Origin: a virus
IMG/VR virus record: IMGVR_UViG_3300030116_007024
Coordinates: 1 to 64,000 of that record
Length of the DNA: 64,000 bases
Reading direction: 5' to 3' (one strand)
Shown: in pieces, positions 39,822 to 50,628 of the stretch
Layout: each line of letters begins with the position of its first letter
How positions within the stretch are numbered: the stretch's first letter is position 1
The notes under the pieces: generated by a model
Databases searched by the model: none
Told to the model about the DNA's origin: nothing
Seen by the model: only the letters and a program-made list of their open reading frames with translations
Program-made: the position numbers and the translations under genes

Positions 39822-40927
39822 AATATGCTTGCCGTTATCCATTAAAGGCTGTTCATATATTTCCTAATACAAAGGACACTCCATGTTGTCGCTTTCATCA
39901 AATGTATCTTAAAGATAACGATGTAAGCACTATACAAAATTATGATAATATGTTTTCTTCTATAAGAAATAACATGTTAACATCACCAATACATGGTTGT
40001 GAAAAATGCTATGAGCAAGACGGACGAGGTATTGACAGTATGCGAGCAGAAAGTTATAGACTGTTTGATAACGATGATGTAGCATTAGAATGTATCGAAA
40101 TATCAGTAGGACGTTTATGTAATTTAGCATGTGTATCTTGTGGAATTGATTCTAGCACAACATGGGAAGAAGATTCTTATGTGTGGAACGATACACCAAC
40201 GCCAAAGGAAACAGAAGTACACATTCCTTTAAATAAAGACATATACAAAGATTTAAAAATTTTAAAAATTACTGGTGGTGAACCTTTTTTACATATTAAG
40301 TTTTTAAAGTTTCTTAAGTTTTTAGTAGATAGTGATTTGGCAAAAAATATTGAACTGGAAATTTTTACTAATACGACTTTTTATCCTACTAAGTTGGATG
40401 TTGATAATTTACTATGTTTTAAATCTGTTACTTTAAGTTGCAGTATTGATGGTATAGGCGAAGTTAATGAATTCCTACGATATCCAAGCAAATGGAAAGC
40501 AACAGAAGAAATATTTATTAAATGGAAAACATTAGCAGAAGCAAACAAAAATTTTAATATTAATGTTGCATGTACTGTTGGTTGGTTAAATCTTTTATAT
40601 GTTAAAGAATTATTACATTGGGCTAGAATACATCACGATACTCCAATGATTTTACAATTTATTGATGGTCCTTCGTGGCTTAGTATAAACTGTTTACCAT
40701 CAAATTACAAGAAAAAAATACGTTATGCTCTTGATTTACAATTTGATGAGTTCTATCATAAGCGACAAAAGTACGATAACATTTATAATCAATTAAAAGC
40801 AAAACTAGATTCGCCAGGTAATGTAGATGATTACGAACTTGGTGTTGAAAAATTACAAACATTAATGGCACATAGACAGCAAGACTTTAGTGCTTTTAAC
40901 AAGCATTTTGAATTGATTGCATTATGA
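39818..40927 (+). CDS. Radical SAM protein with N-terminal Twitch-like domain
   Basis: ACRYP...TPCC...CEKC; CNLACVSC; TGGEP; FLRYPSKW. Confidence 0.94.
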   Translation: MKYACRYPLKAVHIFPNTKDTPCCRFHQMYLKDNDVSTIQNYDNMFSSIRNNMLTSPIHGCEKCYEQDGRGIDSMRAESYRLFDNDDVALECIEISVGRLCNLACVSCGIDSSTTWEEDSYVWNDTPTPKETEVHIPLNKDIYKDLKILKITGGEPFLHIKFLKFLKFLVDSDLAKNIELEIFTNTTFYPTKLDVDNLLCFKSVTLSCSIDGIGEVNEFLRYPSKWKATEEIFIKWKTLAEANKNFNINVACTVGWLNLLYVKELLHWARIHHDTPMILQFIDGPSWLSINCLPSNYKKKIRYALDLQFDEFYHKRQKYDNIYNQLKAKLDSPGNVDDYELGVEKLQTLMAHRQQDFSAFNKHFELIAL

Positions 40928-42126
40928 AATCTATTTCACATTTAAAAGATTCAAATACATTTTGCTTATTACCTTTTATGCACACATATGGAAGTGCTAA
41001 TGGTAATCTTGTATTATGTTGTGAAGCACAAGAATATGAATGCGGAAAAGGTGGTAAAACACTTGACAGTAAATGGAATAGTAAAGAATATAAAGAAGTA
41101 CGTCAAGCCTTAGTAGAAGGTAGAAAGCACGAAGCATGCCATGTATGTTGGCACAACGAAGATAATGGAATAGAAAGCAATAGACAATTACACACAGAAC
41201 AACATTGGGATGAGTTTTCGCAATTAATAAAATTAAATGATGATTATTCAGTTAGTAATCAACCCGTATGGTTTGAATTAAAAATAGGAAACTTTTGTAA
41301 CCTTGCTTGTAGAATGTGTAGCACACATAGTAGTTATAAGCGAGCCCAAGATATTGATATTATAGGTAAGTATAGCGGATTTGATAATCAAGAAACAAAA
41401 CTTGTAACACCTGATAATTTGTTTTCAATACTGCAAAGTGATGTAGACTGGACTCAAGTAGAACGATTACAGTTTACAGGCGGTGAGCCTATAATAAATG
41501 AAATGCATTACGATTTATTGTATAGCATACCTAAAGAATATAGGCATTTAATTCGTTTGCGTTATGCAACAAATTTAACACATTTAAAGTATAAACAACA
41601 CGACTTAATAGATATATGGAGGCAATTTAAACATGTTAATGTTAAAGTCAGTATGGATGGCGCCGGCGATGTTTATAATTATATACGTATTGGTGCTAAT
41701 TTTGATACTGTCGCAAACAACATGAATAAATTAAAAAATGTTGATAACGTAGACATAGCAGTTGGTTTAACAATACAAGCATATAATGTATTTGCATTAC
41801 CTGAGTTTTTTGATTGGATAAATAGAACTGGAATTAACTTTAGTTTTGTTGGATCCTTTTTACTACAAACTCCAAAGTACCTTAATATATCAGTATTACC
41901 ACAACATTTAAAAGATCAAATTTGCGATAAACTTAGCAAGTATGATGGAAAAGTCAACATACATAGACACGATAATTTTGATACTATCATAGAGTATATG
42001 CAAAAAAATAATAACGAAAAACTCTATTGGAAGAAAACTATGCCATACACAAAAGATATGGAAAATAGACATCCAGATAGTATAACATTTAGTAACCTAC
42101 TTAAAACACATGGAATTAGTATATAA
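40924..42126 (+). CDS. Radical SAM protein with N-terminal Twitch-like domain
   Basis: FCLLPF...VLCC...CHVC; CNLACRMC; TGGEP; SMDG...NYIR. Confidence 0.94.
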   Translation: MKSISHLKDSNTFCLLPFMHTYGSANGNLVLCCEAQEYECGKGGKTLDSKWNSKEYKEVRQALVEGRKHEACHVCWHNEDNGIESNRQLHTEQHWDEFSQLIKLNDDYSVSNQPVWFELKIGNFCNLACRMCSTHSSYKRAQDIDIIGKYSGFDNQETKLVTPDNLFSILQSDVDWTQVERLQFTGGEPIINEMHYDLLYSIPKEYRHLIRLRYATNLTHLKYKQHDLIDIWRQFKHVNVKVSMDGAGDVYNYIRIGANFDTVANNMNKLKNVDNVDIAVGLTIQAYNVFALPEFFDWINRTGINFSFVGSFLLQTPKYLNISVLPQHLKDQICDKLSKYDGKVNIHRHDNFDTIIEYMQKNNNEKLYWKKTMPYTKDMENRHPDSITFSNLLKTHGISI

Positions 42127-43603
42127 CCCAATTGAAATTGGTATTAAAAATATGAACCATAAGTTTATAAACTTTTTGGTTTACCCTGATTGGAATTCAC
42201 GAAGGCACAATCGCAAACATTTGCCTTTATTTGAAAAATTATTAGAGCTAACACATTGGGGCTCCTCTGATATATTTTATGCCATGAATCATGCATTTCT
42301 ACCAGAAATGTGGATACCACAAGCCATAATACAAGCAAATAGATTAGGTATGGAAATAGTTAACATATTCTATATAGGTACTTCAATTACTGATAGTGAA
42401 GTAGATTTTATAGATAAAGTTACAGACTACCATGCAAGTGCAAAAAAAGAATTACTTACAACTAATGATAGATTTGTATTAGCAGGAGAAATAGATCAAA
42501 GTCAAATATATCCTCGATTTAAAAGAAGTTACATGTTAGTTAATATTGATAATTATATTCAACATGGTTGTCCTAGATTTATTATAGAACCTGAATTACA
42601 TTATACATATTGTTGTACACACTACAATGATTTTGAACGTAACTGTATTGAAGGATTATGGCCTGATACTGAAAAAATGGGCAAGCAAATACCTCCTCCG
42701 AGTCTAGAATGGAGTGCTCCTGCAATATCTACTGTTTTATCATGGGGAACACCGGTACTACAATTACCAGAAACAATAACAAAAGAACTTCATACTGTTC
42801 CGTGGGATGAAGATAGAGATTACTGGCAAGATATATATTGTAATAATCCACATAAGTTAAAAGAATTATGTTATGAATATGAAATGGATCCTCAGTACGA
42901 AAAAATTCGTAGTAAGCACGAACTTAATAAAATTATTCCACCAGAATACGGAGGTAAGGCTGTTCCGTTTATTTTAAACACAGAAGATTATATTGAAGAA
43001 AAAAGACTAGCAGATGATTATAAATTAACAAATGTAGTAACTATTGCGGCAGGATTTAAATTTATAAATTTAATAGATGTATTAGAACATACCGATGATT
43101 GTAAAATTATATTTTATGATTATAACATACAAACATTAAATCTTAAAAAACATATCATAAAAAATTGGGATGGTAAGAGTGATTTAAAAGAATTTTTAAG
43201 AAAAGACTATCCTAAATTAATTGAAGAATACTGGAATGATTACGCATGGTTTAGAGATCAACGTGATCTTCCAAAATTGCAATCACTATTTTTAAAATCT
43301 AGAGAATGGAATAATGAATATCATAACATTGATATTTTACATGATTTGGATAATTTTTTAAGTATAATACCAGACAAGGAAGGTACTGTTGTTTTTATAA
43401 GTAACATATTTGATTTTGTTCAAAATTGGATTTTAGGATCATTAGCATTACATGAAAAATGGATTAAATTTGTAAGACACTTACAAGCATATGAAAATGA
43501 TATATTAGTAATTGGAGCAGATCCTTTACGTAATACAATATTTGATTTTGCTAAAAATATCCACTCAATGAGACCTAGCAAGTTGCATACATGGGAGTCA
43601 TAA
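42110..43603 (+). CDS. Uncharacterised two-domain protein, local paralog family X
   Basis: LAGEID...MLVNIDNYIQHGCP; TIAAGF; IFYDYN; FISNIFD. Motifs are shared with 44357, 45259 and 62803. Confidence 0.7.
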   Translation: MELVYNPIEIGIKNMNHKFINFLVYPDWNSRRHNRKHLPLFEKLLELTHWGSSDIFYAMNHAFLPEMWIPQAIIQANRLGMEIVNIFYIGTSITDSEVDFIDKVTDYHASAKKELLTTNDRFVLAGEIDQSQIYPRFKRSYMLVNIDNYIQHGCPRFIIEPELHYTYCCTHYNDFERNCIEGLWPDTEKMGKQIPPPSLEWSAPAISTVLSWGTPVLQLPETITKELHTVPWDEDRDYWQDIYCNNPHKLKELCYEYEMDPQYEKIRSKHELNKIIPPEYGGKAVPFILNTEDYIEEKRLADDYKLTNVVTIAAGFKFINLIDVLEHTDDCKIIFYDYNIQTLNLKKHIIKNWDGKSDLKEFLRKDYPKLIEEYWNDYAWFRDQRDLPKLQSLFLKSREWNNEYHNIDILHDLDNFLSIIPDKEGTVVFISNIFDFVQNWILGSLALHEKWIKFVRHLQAYENDILVIGADPLRNTIFDFAKNIHSMRPSKLHTWES

Positions 43604-44373
43604 TGAAACATCCTTATTTTGTACCAGATACAGTCCAAGAAGATAAAACAGAAGATGTCGATGATATGGTACGATTTATATCAGGGCATGAACTATTTAA
43701 TAATAAAATGTATTATGATACATTGTATAATGTATTAACAGAATATGAGAAAACTAAGGATATTGATACTATTATAATGAGTTGGTTGCCTTTTTTAAAA
43801 ATAAAAACTCCTATACCACATGAAGAAATGTTTGATGAGGCAAAACGATTATTACCATTTTTTGTTAATCATAGAGGAGATGCATACAACTGGAAAAGTT
43901 TATGCTTATGGGGACTAAGTCATGCACACACAGGTGTTCCTGAAGATTACGGCATGGAAGAAACCGAAGAACTAGAAGAACAATATATGGATTGGACAGA
44001 TATGTCTAAGTTTTGTCCTGCTACTAAAAATTGGTTAGAAAATGATTTTGGTTTTAATAGTTTTACTAGAGTGCGTTTTATGTTAATTGAGCCAGGAGGT
44101 TACATTAAACCACATAGTGATACAGATCATTCAGAGTTAATCGCAATTAACATTGCGTTAAACATGCCAAAAAAATGTTATTTTATAGTAGACAAATATG
44201 GATGTTTACCTTTAAATGCAGGAGATATATTTTTGTTTAATAATTCATACACACATGCAGTATGGAATCAATCCAACGAACCGCGAATACATATGATAGT
44301 TTATGGTGGCAGAGACTGGAATTGGTGGGAGAAAAAAATAGTAGAAAATTTAAAAAATGTCACTAAGTTATAG
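43591..44373 (+). CDS. Aspartyl/asparaginyl beta-hydroxylase-like 2OG dioxygenase
   Basis: RVRFMLIEPGGYIKPHSD, INIALNMP, THAVWNQSNEPRIHMI. The start may be 43603. Confidence 0.87.
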   Translation: MGVIMKHPYFVPDTVQEDKTEDVDDMVRFISGHELFNNKMYYDTLYNVLTEYEKTKDIDTIIMSWLPFLKIKTPIPHEEMFDEAKRLLPFFVNHRGDAYNWKSLCLWGLSHAHTGVPEDYGMEETEELEEQYMDWTDMSKFCPATKNWLENDFGFNSFTRVRFMLIEPGGYIKPHSDTDHSELIAINIALNMPKKCYFIVDKYGCLPLNAGDIFLFNNSYTHAVWNQSNEPRIHMIVYGGRDWNWWEKKIVENLKNVTKL

Positions 44374-45235
44374 CATTAATAATATAGATTTTACTAATCC
44401 TGAACATAAAACTTGGGCAATATTTGCAAAAAGATTGCATCAAGATATAAAGTTTGATAGTGATGCAGATATAGTGTTAGAACCAGGACAATTTGTAGAT
44501 AGTCATAAAATATATGATTTACGTGATCAAAACTCGCATGTTTTTAAAACATGGTATAAAGAATGGGCTAACTTAGAAAATACTGTTTGGCTATGGCATT
44601 CGGATGAATTAAGTATACCAGATTTATATTTAGATACAAAGTTTGATACAATAGTTGCACCCGGTAGTGGGTTTTATGCATATGAAACTTGGTGTAAATT
44701 AGGCAGGCCTAATGCTAGAATTGTAATTTACGATTACAATCCACATGCAATTAAATTTCAAAAAGAATTACATGAGTATTTTGATGGAATTGATTATCCG
44801 GCTTATCTTGGCGAATATATGGATCTAAATAAAGAATTATATGCTCCACCAAATACTGATAATAAAGTGTTTAATGAAGAGCATTGGAAAGAATATTTAA
44901 AACTAGATCATTGGATTATGCAAACAGATTTACTGCACGATAATATTATTTTTTCATATCCAAAGGGTAAAACATTTTTTAGTGTTTCTGATATATTTGA
45001 TTACCCAGAATTATTATTAAAATATGGATATGAAAAACTTAAAAAATATTATCTTGATTTTTTAAAATTTGGGCAAATAAATATAGGAAAGACTATTATA
45101 TATTTTGAAAAACCTAACAATGCATATGTCGATAATAGTTTTAAAGAACATCCGTGGCACGAGTATTTAAAATTTAAAATACCAAAAGATACTATGTTGT
45201 ATCTGTACGGAACAAGGTTTGAATTACGCCTATAA
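44357..45235 (+). CDS. Uncharacterised protein, family X (C-terminal Rossmann-like domain)
   Basis: IVAPGSGF, VIYDYNPHAIKFQK, TDLLH, FSVSDIFDY. Confidence 0.7.
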   Translation: MSLSYSINNIDFTNPEHKTWAIFAKRLHQDIKFDSDADIVLEPGQFVDSHKIYDLRDQNSHVFKTWYKEWANLENTVWLWHSDELSIPDLYLDTKFDTIVAPGSGFYAYETWCKLGRPNARIVIYDYNPHAIKFQKELHEYFDGIDYPAYLGEYMDLNKELYAPPNTDNKVFNEEHWKEYLKLDHWIMQTDLLHDNIIFSYPKGKTFFSVSDIFDYPELLLKYGYEKLKKYYLDFLKFGQINIGKTIIYFEKPNNAYVDNSFKEHPWHEYLKFKIPKDTMLYLYGTRFELRL

Positions 45236-45238
45236 ATA
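45231..45238 (+). promoter_or_regulatory. T4-type late promoter consensus TATAAATA
   Basis: Exact consensus 20 nt upstream of ATG 45259, in one of the few intergenic gaps. Confidence 0.65.
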
Positions 45239-45258
45239 TAGTATAATGAGAGATTCAA

Positions 45259-47076
45259 ATGGCAGAAAATAATAATAAAGATTTAATACGACTCTTTCCT
45301 GATAGACATAGCACTGATAAAAGATATATGTTTGCCTTATGGGACAGACGGATTGGTTCGCCTAACTATAATGATGGAGACAAGGCAACGGATGGAATAT
45401 CCAGTGTATTTGCTAAATTAGCATATGCAGAATTTGCAAAATTATCAGGCAAAAAAATAATTGCTAGTGAAATAGCAAAAATATTCATAGAAGCAACTCA
45501 AAGCAATAAAGAATATCTTATAGTAATACCTACAACGGTGACAATTATTAATGCTAAAAAAATGCAGGATAATATTGATGCTTTTATTGATGCAGATAAT
45601 GATTGGATGGTTGCAGGACATTTAGGCGAACAAAGCATTCAGGCGTTTGTATATAATCAAAAAACATATTGGCGTAGTTTAGATGGTGAAGAACGCGAAG
45701 AAGATCCAATGATTAATATACAGGAGAGGTTTGGATATTTGTATGAAAATCCATTTATTATTAACATAGCAAAATATAAGTTACATGGAACATACGAATT
45801 TGGTGAACGATCAAGTTTAATGACTTCTCTCATAAAACAAAAAATAAACGACAATGTAATGACCGGGCATCCTGATAAAATAGAACAAGACACAGCCGAA
45901 GACCAGCAATATCAGTTTTGGGCAGATATATATGATTTACCAGTAGATGTACACGGATGGTCGTTAATACATAATTGCGTACAAACAGATCAGAAAGTAA
46001 TATCGTTAACGACTAATATTAGATCAGCATATTATAGTTCATATTGGCCAGTACACGACTCTTTTATACATGATATAAACAGTAAAGCACAAGCAAGTAC
46101 TGAAGCAATGCGATCTATACTTTCAATGGATAACAGAAAAGCATGGTTAGCAGAAACCAAAACCCAAGCAATGTCAAAAGATCCAATAGATGCTTGTAGT
46201 GATGACCAACAAGAATATTTAGGCATACTTCACGATTATGCAAACATGAAAGAAAATTGGGGAATAGGTAGTTTAAAACCGCAATGGAGTGGCGGAACCG
46301 ATACTGCAATGTTAGGTACAGACGAGTTTACTGCTATCTCTAATTTACAACAACTTGTTGATTTGCCTAAATTTGATAGAATAATATCCGTAGCAAATGG
46401 TTTAAATGTTTGTCGTTTTATGGACAATTTAGATTTTACTAATGTTAAAGAAATATTTTGGATTAGTGGATCTCATAAAGCAATGGATTTTCAACGACAA
46501 TTAGTAGCAGAAATACAAAGTAGAGTAAAAGCAGATACTCTTAGCGATTTTAATTATGGTACTTTTTATAATACATGGTTAGGAAACAATTCTAGTTGGA
46601 TAGGCGATTATGCAGGTGTACAAGACATATTAGATGATACACTTAATATGTCTGAATCATATGTTAATGACTCTAACCTTGCCGTAATAGGCGATGCTAA
46701 TATATCACATAAATTTGTTAGTTTTTCGTATTCGCCAATGAATCTTGCTCCAATGTTAAAACTAATGTTTAAAGAAAATTCATCATTAGAAAATGTGTTT
46801 ATAGATTTTGACGACATGTTTATTAGTCCATATTATATGTTATCTTGTGTTAAAACACAACCTGATTATCTTCAAGGAAAAAACGATAATACTCGTCGAG
46901 ATAATGATTTAGATCAAGGTAATAGATATAGACCAGAAATAGAATTTAATGATGTAATATACTATCTTGGACAACAGGCTAACAGAAAAAGATTTGATGT
47001 TGAAAAAGATTTTACAATCTATCTACATTGTTTTTGGCCTGGTACATATACCGGTATTAACACTCAACTTTACTGA
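45259..47076 (+). CDS. Uncharacterised 605-aa acidic protein, family X
   Basis: VAGHLG...FIINIAKYKLHG matches 42110; ISVANGL; FIDFDDMF. Confidence 0.72.
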   Translation: MAENNNKDLIRLFPDRHSTDKRYMFALWDRRIGSPNYNDGDKATDGISSVFAKLAYAEFAKLSGKKIIASEIAKIFIEATQSNKEYLIVIPTTVTIINAKKMQDNIDAFIDADNDWMVAGHLGEQSIQAFVYNQKTYWRSLDGEEREEDPMINIQERFGYLYENPFIINIAKYKLHGTYEFGERSSLMTSLIKQKINDNVMTGHPDKIEQDTAEDQQYQFWADIYDLPVDVHGWSLIHNCVQTDQKVISLTTNIRSAYYSSYWPVHDSFIHDINSKAQASTEAMRSILSMDNRKAWLAETKTQAMSKDPIDACSDDQQEYLGILHDYANMKENWGIGSLKPQWSGGTDTAMLGTDEFTAISNLQQLVDLPKFDRIISVANGLNVCRFMDNLDFTNVKEIFWISGSHKAMDFQRQLVAEIQSRVKADTLSDFNYGTFYNTWLGNNSSWIGDYAGVQDILDDTLNMSESYVNDSNLAVIGDANISHKFVSFSYSPMNLAPMLKLMFKENSSLENVFIDFDDMFISPYYMLSCVKTQPDYLQGKNDNTRRDNDLDQGNRYRPEIEFNDVIYYLGQQANRKRFDVEKDFTIYLHCFWPGTYTGINTQLY

Positions 47077-47915
47077 TGATAGAATACTCACATTTTGATA
47101 ATTTAACAACCGGTATCTTTGAAGATACCGACACAGTACAAGTTATAGACATTCCTAGATTACATTTATACCAAGATAGACTTAAACGTGTAGAAGATAC
47201 ATGGAGGCAGTTTTCTTGGAATAAATGTGTATCAATTGGCGAAGATGAGCCACATATACATGAGTGGGTGTTTCCAAAAAACAAATTGTTTACTGGAGTG
47301 CAATATTCAAATGATGTTGTAGGTTATGATATAGATTATTACGAACCTGAAACAGATGACGGCGACCCTAGTGGAAAAAAGGTTACCAGAGAAAAAATAT
47401 ATTGTTATGAGTGGACACATAGACGCTTTGGAAAACATTTACCTTGGGCAAGATACTGGTACGATTTAGTTAATGATTTAGAATGTGTAGTTGAAAAATT
47501 ATTGCCAGCATTTGATTTACCGGAAGATTCATATACACAACGTCAATTAAACATTATAAAATATGAATGCAAAGAAGCAAGTAACAACGAAGAACTTAAA
47601 ATACATAGACGTGAAAGCAGTGATAGATTTGGCGTAGATCATATTGATGGTACGTTATTTGGATTGCACTTAGGAGAATCGCATCCTGAAATACATGCAA
47701 AACCAGACGGAGCAGATGAATATGTTAAACCAGATTTAACAGGAAATAAAGTACTTTTATTAGTAGGAGAACATGCCGCTGATCTTAAAAACGGCCGTGG
47801 AACAGATCATAGATTATTTTACAACGGCGATTATCTAACAACATCTCGTTATTCATTAATATTAGATATTACATTACGTTTTAAAGATGAAGAAGAACTA
47901 GAGCATCCTATGTAA
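47076..47915 (+). CDS. Fe(II)/2OG dioxygenase-like protein (IPNS-like fold, divergent)
   Basis: LNIIKY...DHIDGTLFGL...LLLVGE...TDHRL...RYS. Confidence 0.68.
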   Translation: MIEYSHFDNLTTGIFEDTDTVQVIDIPRLHLYQDRLKRVEDTWRQFSWNKCVSIGEDEPHIHEWVFPKNKLFTGVQYSNDVVGYDIDYYEPETDDGDPSGKKVTREKIYCYEWTHRRFGKHLPWARYWYDLVNDLECVVEKLLPAFDLPEDSYTQRQLNIIKYECKEASNNEELKIHRRESSDRFGVDHIDGTLFGLHLGESHPEIHAKPDGADEYVKPDLTGNKVLLLVGEHAADLKNGRGTDHRLFYNGDYLTTSRYSLILDITLRFKDEEELEHPM

Positions 47916-47916
47916 A

Positions 47917-48861
47917 ATGTTAGAATCAGACAAAATTATAATAGACCCTACAAAATCAAGACAAAAAATGCCTAGAGAATATGCTATTCCTAGACGTGCT
48001 AGATTAATAGATCAAATAAGTTGGATTTATAGTGAATACATTTCTGGTACTGCTGGAGATTTTTTCAGCCAATTTACTGCTGGAAGTAGTCCAAATATAA
48101 TAGCATTTAATAAAATTTTACAACAAGATTTACCTGCTGAACATGCTTTGTTTGCAACTAACGTAGAACTCGCAACTGTTAGAGGTGTTAATTTTAGTTC
48201 AAAAAATGTTATTGAAGCATGTTTATTTGATCAAGTAGCAAGTTTAAAAAATGTACTAGAAGGTTTATTAATTTATCAGTTATCTAAAAAGCGTGACGGT
48301 AATTGGACAAGAGATTATTTAGAAGGATACTTACAACTAAAGAAAGGATTTTTTACAACCCATCCACATGAATGCACTGGTTATAAAACAAACATAACAA
48401 GATTAAAACAGGAATTAGGAAGTGATAAATTAACATCTATTGCAGTAGTACCATCTACATTTGAAAGTTTTTATTTTATGTGTAGTTATAGAGTATTAGG
48501 AAAGTCTATAGATAAAGAACATCAAAATACTGAAAGATTAAACGAAATTGCTAGAACTAATACTCGATCTTTATTAGAAGAATTTGCCTCATGGTTACAA
48601 GATATAAAGCATAGAAAAGATATTATATTTGTTGATCATATTAATGGTATTGTAAACAATAAAGACAACTTTATTAATAAAATGGAAGACATTTTTGGCA
48701 TGATTGATAGAGAATATTCTGACTATGTGATAAATTCCTATATAGAAAAACGATTTAATAATAATTTAGATCGCATGGACAAATGGAAAGCAATTATGGA
48801 AAGAGAGTGGTTATCTAGCGAATATGCAGTAGATATTTTAAAGGAGCTAAGTATTATATGA
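47917..48861 (+). CDS. Hypothetical protein, P-loop/sulfotransferase-like
   Basis: EYISGTAGDFF and FTTHP. Confidence 0.6.
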   Translation: MLESDKIIIDPTKSRQKMPREYAIPRRARLIDQISWIYSEYISGTAGDFFSQFTAGSSPNIIAFNKILQQDLPAEHALFATNVELATVRGVNFSSKNVIEACLFDQVASLKNVLEGLLIYQLSKKRDGNWTRDYLEGYLQLKKGFFTTHPHECTGYKTNITRLKQELGSDKLTSIAVVPSTFESFYFMCSYRVLGKSIDKEHQNTERLNEIARTNTRSLLEEFASWLQDIKHRKDIIFVDHINGIVNNKDNFINKMEDIFGMIDREYSDYVINSYIEKRFNNNLDRMDKWKAIMEREWLSSEYAVDILKELSII

Positions 48862-50021
48862 GCCTAAGTAAAAGTGGTTACGATTTTACAAAAATACCAT
48901 TTGATGATTTAGTACGAGTGGGCCAACGTAATATGTTATATAGAGACTTGTTTACAGTCTCATGGTTACTTGGCAGATTTTGTAATTATAAATGTTCATA
49001 TTGTTGGACCCATGGACGGAGTGATGAGCATGATCATAGACCAACTGAGATGTGTCTTAGAACCATCGACGAAATTAAACGACAAGCCCGAGAGCGTGGT
49101 TTTAATAGTTTTCATTTTAGCCTCTCTGGGGGTGAGCCTACATTGCATCCTGGTTACCTTGATATATTACGGCACCTTAATGATGACGTAGGTAATACAA
49201 ATTACACAAGTGTACACATGACTTCAAACTGCTCGCAAGGGATGAAGTGGTTTGAGGAGTATGTTCGTGCGGTCAGTAACTTCCATAGAGCAAGTATAAC
49301 ATGCAGTTATCACAGAGAATATATTAAAAATACTAAAAAACAAAATCAACTATCTGATAAATTAGAACTTTGTCAAGAATGGGATGTCCAAATTACAATA
49401 AATGTTGTAATGGTACCTGAGTGGTTTTGGCAAATAATGGACGAAGTACAACTGTTTCATGAACGTGGAATCAATGTTACACTTAAACCACAAAGCAATC
49501 CTAATGCAACATTTGTTGTAGAAGGGTATACAGACGAAATGCTAGAAATGTTACATAATGGAATGCCTCAACGTGGGTTTACAGAAGCAAAAAATAAACA
49601 TGTTACACGACCTAAACCCACATTTATAAAAGCACCAGATCCTATATACTGGGAAGAAAACGATGGCGTTCCACAACATTTTCAAGTAGAATTTAAAGAT
49701 AGTAAGAATAAGCCATGGTTTATGGATCAAGCAGAACGTTTTAATGCATTTAATTTTAACAACTTTTTAGGATGGGAATGTAGTAGTGGTTATAGAAGCA
49801 TTATTATACGTGAGCCTGACGGAAGTATTAAACGAAGTTATAGTTGTGCTGATGAACCATTAGGTTATATATACGATGAATTTAATTTATTTGACGGGCC
49901 TAAGCCTTGTTTGAGCAAAAGTTGTGTTAGTTCTGCAGATAGTAAAATACCTAAGCGTAAACCAGGAACTAAATTACCTTTGTGGCCAGGAGATAAAACA
50001 TATGAGCTTCCATCTGTTTAA
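48858..50021 (+). CDS. Radical SAM protein with C-terminal Twitch-like cysteines
   Basis: CNYKCSYC, SGGEPT; C-terminal WECSSG...SYSC...PCLSKSCVSSAD. Confidence 0.93.
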   Translation: MSLSKSGYDFTKIPFDDLVRVGQRNMLYRDLFTVSWLLGRFCNYKCSYCWTHGRSDEHDHRPTEMCLRTIDEIKRQARERGFNSFHFSLSGGEPTLHPGYLDILRHLNDDVGNTNYTSVHMTSNCSQGMKWFEEYVRAVSNFHRASITCSYHREYIKNTKKQNQLSDKLELCQEWDVQITINVVMVPEWFWQIMDEVQLFHERGINVTLKPQSNPNATFVVEGYTDEMLEMLHNGMPQRGFTEAKNKHVTRPKPTFIKAPDPIYWEENDGVPQHFQVEFKDSKNKPWFMDQAERFNAFNFNNFLGWECSSGYRSIIIREPDGSIKRSYSCADEPLGYIYDEFNLFDGPKPCLSKSCVSSADSKIPKRKPGTKLPLWPGDKTYELPSV

Positions 50022-50628
50022 TACTTTAACGGCATATGGAGATCAATACGCCTTAAGGTTACGTGTAGAATTAGCTGATGTACTATTAGAATTAGATAAT
50101 TATAAAAATAGTTGGACACCATATAACCCAAGAAAAAAGATTAATAGATGGGGGTTAAGTTTAACAAATTTAGATGGAAAACTAGGACCAGGTCCTGACT
50201 TAGATAGTTTACGAGAATACAACGCAGAACACAATACAAAAATTAGAGAAAAAGACTTTATAGTACCTACTCCAGTATATGATATTTTTAGTGATGTTCT
50301 TGCTCCAATTTCACAATGGTTAGTGCGATGTCATTTATTACAATTAAGACCTGGCGGATATTTTCCAACACACATTGATAATTATGGTACTGATATTGAA
50401 TCGTTTAGGTTGCTTATACCTTTAGAAAATATGAATCCAGATCATAGTTGGTTTATAATTGAAAATAAAATTTTATACTGGGAATATGGTGATATGTATT
50501 TTTTGAATACTTGCAAACAACATACATTGTTTAATGCTGGATTTAAAAATATGACTATGGTTGTTTTAAATGTTTTATTAGAAAAAGAAGTAGTAGATTA
50601 TATATTAAGTTCAAAGGTTATGTATTGA
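50002..50628 (+). CDS. Aspartyl beta-hydroxylase-like 2OG dioxygenase
   Basis: RCHLLQLRPGGYFPTHID, FRLLIP, NTCKQHTLFN. Start moved to ATG 50002. Confidence 0.83.
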   Translation: MSFHLFNTLTAYGDQYALRLRVELADVLLELDNYKNSWTPYNPRKKINRWGLSLTNLDGKLGPGPDLDSLREYNAEHNTKIREKDFIVPTPVYDIFSDVLAPISQWLVRCHLLQLRPGGYFPTHIDNYGTDIESFRLLIPLENMNPDHSWFIIENKILYWEYGDMYFLNTCKQHTLFNAGFKNMTMVVLNVLLEKEVVDYILSSKVMY

